IMG/VR virus record: IMGVR_UViG_3300004151_000006
Coordinates: 124,001 to 188,000 of that record
Strand: one strand, 5' to 3'
DNA: 64,000 nt
Shown here: in pieces, positions 59,335 to 64,000 of the stretch
Layout: every line of letters starts with the position of its first letter
Numbering within the stretch: the first letter of the stretch is position 1
Program-made: the position numbers and the translations under genes
Notes under the pieces: generated by a model
The model's input: only the letters and a program-made list of their open reading frames with translations
The model's database searches: none
What the model was told of the DNA's origin: nothing

Positions 59335-59384
59335 ATTTATGATGTGACTTGGATAAATGTCTATTTTAAACAGGAGGATGATGT

Positions 59385-60410
59385 GTGATGTCCGTCCCAC
59401 AAAGGAAATTGGGACAATTGCAGGATGAACCCCAATTTGAGAATTGTTTTGTTGAACACTTTTATACGAGTCAAAACATAGTACCATTGGGGTATGTCGT
59501 ACTGCGGTTGTTTGATGAAATGACCACATTAGCTAGTCTTTATCCACAGATACCTAAAATTATACGTAATGGTACAAATGCAAAATATCAAGAAGATTTT
59601 CTCTATCTTTGTGGAAAACGATCACGGAATGTGTTGGGTATTCAAAGTAAAATTTGTATAGTAGTTGCACCCTATGAAACAACATTACATGATGTACAGT
59701 GTGATTATTTACTGATCATTGGTGGAAAAAAGGTACATATTAAAAATAGTAATATTAATAGTTTATTCATTTATGGTACTGAACAGGTGATTGTAGAAAA
59801 TGTGACTATCATTGATACATTTATTGATATTTCAAATACTTTAGAGATGCGTGGAGATTATTTTCATTGTGATCTTAATTATATTACTGTAAAAAATCTC
59901 ATTACTAACAATATTGACATTGTTAAAGATGCATTTTATTTATTGGGGCTTACCAATGTGAACTTAAATAAAACAAGTCCAAAGATGTTAGAACAATTTC
60001 CAAATATGTATTTGTGTTCGATGGAATACTCAAATAAAATTGTAGTGTTTAAGTTATCACCCACTATGATACATCTTAGATTCATGTGGCTTATATGGGC
60101 AATGTGGAATGTAGATCATTTTGATATTGATATTACACAAAGCCATTTGACACTGTTGGAAAGTAAATCTATTAATAATAGTCCAAATTATCTTCGTATG
60201 TCCAGATATCTTCATGAACGTAATCCTTATTATCAATATTTTTATAACAAAATGGTTAGTATCAATATGCATCTTTCTGATAGTGAAATTAATATATTTG
60301 AAGAAAGTACTAATAGATGTAATACTACTTCATTTGATTTGGTACCCCAGATATTCACATCACGTGTAGATTCTAGTATTAAATCAAAGTATTTAATAAA
60401 ATCCGTATAA
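59385..60410 (+). CDS. Early protein with beta-solenoid-like region
   Basis: Promoter at 59322, AGGAGG RBS, hairpin at 60415. Confidence 0.6.
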   Translation: MMSVPQRKLGQLQDEPQFENCFVEHFYTSQNIVPLGYVVLRLFDEMTTLASLYPQIPKIIRNGTNAKYQEDFLYLCGKRSRNVLGIQSKICIVVAPYETTLHDVQCDYLLIIGGKKVHIKNSNINSLFIYGTEQVIVENVTIIDTFIDISNTLEMRGDYFHCDLNYITVKNLITNNIDIVKDAFYLLGLTNVNLNKTSPKMLEQFPNMYLCSMEYSNKIVVFKLSPTMIHLRFMWLIWAMWNVDHFDIDITQSHLTLLESKSINNSPNYLRMSRYLHERNPYYQYFYNKMVSINMHLSDSEINIFEESTNRCNTTSFDLVPQIFTSRVDSSIKSKYLIKSV

Positions 60411-60414
60411 TGTA

Positions 60415-60452
60415 GGATGCATACGGGAGCTCTAGAGCTCCCGTATGCATCC
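60415..60452. terminator. Loopless 38-bp palindrome
   Basis: GGATGCATACGGGAGCTCTAGAGCTCCCGTATGCATCC. Confidence 0.6.
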
Positions 60453-60463
60453 ATCATGGTTGA

Positions 60464-60476
60464 AAGTATATATTAT
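60464..60476 (+). promoter_or_regulatory. Putative early promoter of the gp68-like operon
   Basis: AAGTATATATTAT. Confidence 0.65.
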
Positions 60477-60556
60477 TTTTTTGTAGACCCAATGATATAT
60501 GGAAAAAAATAAATATCCATGTTACTATGTAATGAACTTAGGGAGGATATCACTTT

Positions 60557-62230
60557 ATGCAATTCGTTCGTCGCGACAACGAATTTGGTTTATCTTGCAT
60601 TTATTTGGATATGGAAGGTATTGAGCTTGGTATTCGAGATGTATATAAACCAGGATTTCATTCACTCACTGAAGATGAGTTTTTAAAATTGGCAGAGACT
60701 AGTGAACCATTTAAGATGTTTCGGGTAGATACTTATAATGTACTCAAACCCACCAATAGTTCATTTAATTGGGATTGTGTTTTTGGACCTGTTAATCATT
60801 TTCTTAAATCTATGACCAATGATGAATGTCGTACAATTGCAGAGACACTTATCTCTGTCCATCATGATATTGTTTCTGAGATGCAATATGGTGCTAGCTT
60901 ATCAAGTAATTTAATTGAGATCACTAAGAGTTTAGCTAATCAGTTGGATTGTATGGAACGTGAACTTAATCTTTGTGAAAGATTGGAAGTTTATGTAAAC
61001 AATCCACTCAATATGGATATTCCATTATTTGAAAATGCAGGTAAACGTGCTCAAGATAAAGCAGATATGACTTTTCATAGACCTGAAGTAGTATTACTCA
61101 CTGCTATCACAGTTCTTAATAAATTATTATCTCCCGTACTTGGTGTGTTTATTGAACATTGTAAAAAACAGTTAGACAATAGTTTAAAAGAACTCCATTG
61201 TGTAAATATGATTATGCCCATTTTGTATAGAAAATATCCAGACTTAGTACCAAAACTTAAATGGTATATCAGAAATATTATTAAACCAAATGTGAAGAAT
61301 ACTGTAGAATATGTGGCAAATGGATTTACGTTAGAATTAGAATCACAAAAGAGTTTTGCTAATATCTTAGTAAGAAAATTAGTCAGTGTCAATTTGTTTA
61401 AAGAAGGTGGAAATTTAATGACTTATATCACAGCATCTATTAAAGAGTCTACTCGTACACCTACATTTATGTCAGTTACAAGAAATGCAATCAAAGAAAT
61501 GGATAATCCTACTGAGAGTAGTAGTTCACCCTCTAGTGAAGAAGGTAATACTTCAGCGTTAGAATATGGATCTCGTTGTTCTGATCATACTGTGGATTTT
61601 CCAGTACTTACAAGTTTAGCTGCAAAATCACTTATTAAAAATATCATCAATGAAGAAGAAATTGATCCTGAACTTTTTGAAGAGTGTTTAGCATACTATC
61701 GAATAAATCTTATCACTATGACACCCATCAATTTATATTTGTTAGCTACGACATATGGATATAGCTTAGGTGGTGCTAAATCTATCTGGGCACTTAACAT
61801 GAAAGAGATAATTGAACTTGTCACAGTATTTCAATTCCAGTGTTTGAAACGTGGGTATCATGCTCTTATTCCAGCAGTATCTTTAGGTGAAGCTACCCAT
61901 TTGGGATTACCACCAATCAAATCTATTCAGACCCAATTTGATAGTCAACTAAAGACTGCATGGAATGCTTCATTCGAATATAAAAACTGTAAAGCAAGAT
62001 TTAATACAATAATCAGTACTTTAGAATGGGACACAGTAGTTAAAGAAATAGTAGAATTTCTTATTAATAATAATAAAGCTATTAATCTCCCATTTTATTT
62101 CTTAGAACAACTAAAGATTGATCATCTTAATCAAAAAGAATATCAGTATCCTGAAATTATTATCAAAACCATTTGTGGATATACATTGGATGTTACAACA
62201 GGCATCTATGAAGGAGCAATTGAAGCATGA
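60557..62230 (+). CDS. nvRNAP specificity subunit (phiKZ gp68-like)
   Basis: 557 aa; position in the core block; acidic linker SSEEGNTSALE; early promoter. Confidence 0.6.
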   Translation: MQFVRRDNEFGLSCIYLDMEGIELGIRDVYKPGFHSLTEDEFLKLAETSEPFKMFRVDTYNVLKPTNSSFNWDCVFGPVNHFLKSMTNDECRTIAETLISVHHDIVSEMQYGASLSSNLIEITKSLANQLDCMERELNLCERLEVYVNNPLNMDIPLFENAGKRAQDKADMTFHRPEVVLLTAITVLNKLLSPVLGVFIEHCKKQLDNSLKELHCVNMIMPILYRKYPDLVPKLKWYIRNIIKPNVKNTVEYVANGFTLELESQKSFANILVRKLVSVNLFKEGGNLMTYITASIKESTRTPTFMSVTRNAIKEMDNPTESSSSPSSEEGNTSALEYGSRCSDHTVDFPVLTSLAAKSLIKNIINEEEIDPELFEECLAYYRINLITMTPINLYLLATTYGYSLGGAKSIWALNMKEIIELVTVFQFQCLKRGYHALIPAVSLGEATHLGLPPIKSIQTQFDSQLKTAWNASFEYKNCKARFNTIISTLEWDTVVKEIVEFLINNNKAINLPFYFLEQLKIDHLNQKEYQYPEIIIKTICGYTLDVTTGIYEGAIEA

Positions 62231-63378
62231 TCATAGCCATTAAACCCAGTTCTTTTGAACCATGTATAAAATTTGTAGATAGTAGTACTACAAGAGTAAT
62301 TCGTGGTACCCATTGTGGTGAAAGTTATTATGGTATTGGTGGATATTTTCATGTCTCTGATAAAATCCAGAAATATAGAATCACTGAATATCATCAAGGT
62401 GTTTATATTGAAAGATATTTTGTTGGTCCTAAGGGATACTTATTTCATCCAAAATGGAGATCTGATAAATTGCTTTGTCAGATTATGATAAAGACCGTTG
62501 ATCCCAGAGTAAACATTTATCGGGGTGATATTACCCATGTACTCATTGATAGACGTGGTATTGAAAAGTGTTTAAAGCTTTATAATGATTTATCTGTCAA
62601 TACAAAGTTTCTCAGTAATATCTTTTATAAATGTGTAAAAGCTGAATGTGAAAATGATGCCTATTTAGGAGAAGCTTTTGATGATGCAGAATGTAGTATA
62701 GATCAATATCAACAACTTAGTTGGGTATTATCTAAACATTTAAATCATGGTAGAGAATTTATTCCACATTATCAACCTGAAGACATTATGAATATATTAC
62801 TTACAGATTTTCAAAGTATACAGCGTGGATATATACCTACAAGACAATTGTTATATTCAGTGGAAGATCTTTTTGTACCAGATGGGAGTCTTACATTTCC
62901 CAATAGATTCAGTGCACAAATACTCAAAAATCCAGGTACATCACAAGATGAAATCATGTCACATGTCGGTGGTGAAATAGGGAGAGATAGTGTATGTACA
63001 GATGATGTAGAATTTATGGATTTAGCAAAATATAGATATAAAATTAAACCAATCACCTATTATAATGAGGCTATCATGGATCTAATTGATGTGTGTAGTA
63101 CTATGGTCTATAGTGATCTTTATTTCGAATATATATCATTAAAATGTGGTAATATAAAATCTACTGTAAGATATGCTGGTGTAATATTAGATTCAGTTTA
63201 TTCAAATGATATATTGAGAAATATAGCTACCATTATCATAGATGATCTCATGCCTACCATTGGTGAGTTTAAGTTTTATAAAACATATGATCAAGAGATC
63301 TATATTGAAGCTAACAATGAACTTATTGTAATAGACATGGTTTTAGGTAATATTATTTCTTTAGCACTACATAGGTAA
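62227..63378 (+). CDS. Probable nuclear import factor PicA/Imp1 (phiKZ gp69-like)
   Basis: Translationally coupled after the gp68-like gene; 383 aa; assignment from synteny only. Confidence 0.5.
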   Translation: MIIAIKPSSFEPCIKFVDSSTTRVIRGTHCGESYYGIGGYFHVSDKIQKYRITEYHQGVYIERYFVGPKGYLFHPKWRSDKLLCQIMIKTVDPRVNIYRGDITHVLIDRRGIEKCLKLYNDLSVNTKFLSNIFYKCVKAECENDAYLGEAFDDAECSIDQYQQLSWVLSKHLNHGREFIPHYQPEDIMNILLTDFQSIQRGYIPTRQLLYSVEDLFVPDGSLTFPNRFSAQILKNPGTSQDEIMSHVGGEIGRDSVCTDDVEFMDLAKYRYKIKPITYYNEAIMDLIDVCSTMVYSDLYFEYISLKCGNIKSTVRYAGVILDSVYSNDILRNIATIIIDDLMPTIGEFKFYKTYDQEIYIEANNELIVIDMVLGNIISLALHR

Positions 63379-63433
63379 TAACAAATTTATCTTTGTATCT
63401 AAATTGATCCGAAAAGAGGAGGGCTATACATAT

Positions 63434-64000
63434 ATGATCCCCATTCTGCCCAATCAAGCATTGCCAAATTATATCAATGATGCAAATATGTTCATGCAGG
63501 GTAGTGCATTTTCTTCAAGATGTGCTACCTTGTATTTATTTACTCCAAAACATCTGTCGGATCAATTCCGCAGACCTCATGTATACAAATTTGAACAGCC
63601 CTTTATTTGGAATATCCAAAACACTATTGAACATAATAAAGTATCACAGCGTAACATCAATATGTCTTCATTCATGGTGGGTAATGCTGAAGCTAATACT
63701 TCCGTTATGCCAAATATGCATGGTATCCCCATTCAAACTAATCCACTTCGTATAATGTGGACATTTGTACTCATTGTTGACAATGATAAAGATCCTTCTA
63801 TTGGTATGTATCTTAAAGTGAATCAGAGAGCCATTTATTCTGGATATTGTACAGATGAACCTGTTAGTGTTGGTCTTAATGGTATGAATCCTCAACCTAA
63901 TCCACAGTGTTTCTTTGTAGTGACACATCGTACTTCTACTAATGTTGGAAATGTAATTAGTCAAACTGGTACTGTGCCACAAATGCATGTATCATCCAAT
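63434..64000 (+). CDS. Conserved protein (phiKZ gp70 position), partial
   Basis: Not in the ORF track. GAGGAGG RBS; open frame MIPILPNQALPNY...QFRRPHVYKF...RAIYSGYCTDEPV to the window end. Confidence 0.65.
   Translation, partial: MIPILPNQALPNYINDANMFMQGSAFSSRCATLYLFTPKHLSDQFRRPHVYKFEQPFIWNIQNTIEHNKVSQRNINMSSFMVGNAEANTSVMPNMHGIPIQTNPLRIMWTFVLIVDNDKDPSIGMYLKVNQRAIYSGYCTDEPVSVGLNGMNPQPNPQCFFVVTHRTSTNVGNVISQTGTVPQMHVSSN

Noticed and set aside
1191-60452. Palindromes as CRISPR repeats or IS/MITE ends
   Set aside because: They are dispersed, differ in sequence, and have no spacers, cas genes, transposase or target-site duplications.
63477-63988. Short ORFs 63477..63755 and 63668..63988
   Set aside because: They overlap the RBS-supported frame starting at 63434 that runs off the window.
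1-64000. Stop-codon reassignment
   Set aside because: Core genes are full length in the standard code and end in TAA, TAG and TGA.
1-64000. Naming a specific host genus; tRNA genes
   Set aside because: Codon bias only suggests a GC-rich host and is not enough to name one. No cloverleaf was recognised by eye; tRNAscan-SE would be decisive.

Overview
This window is about 64 kb of an AT-rich jumbo bacteriophage genome of the phiKZ-related, nucleus-forming group (Chimalliviridae-like). Replication and recombination genes recognisable by motif are a split family-B DNA polymerase subunit, a DnaB-like helicase, UvsX/RecA, RuvC, SbcC and SbcD. The phiKZ-type major capsid protein and a non-virion RNA polymerase beta'-N subunit (RNPTL/DFDGD) are also present. 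A probable chimallin gene lies directly upstream of the RNAP subunit, followed by a block syntenic with phiKZ gp54-gp70 (including probable gp68 and PicA/Imp1). Other genes include tail and virion proteins, a GH108 endolysin, a macrodomain, an exported PLD nuclease, TraR, and a LigA-like fragment with no catalytic domain. The non-coding DNA has a regular grammar: 27 perfect GC-rich palindromes, nearly all at gene ends; about 14 phiKZ-like early promoters (AAATATATATYAY), all on the + strand; an ATCKTATR putative late-promoter motif; and structured 5' leaders. Several GC-rich genes stand out from the AT-rich background. No tRNA, rRNA, CRISPR array, intron or intein was recognised. Assignments to phiKZ gene numbers rest on recalled motifs and synteny, not on database searches.
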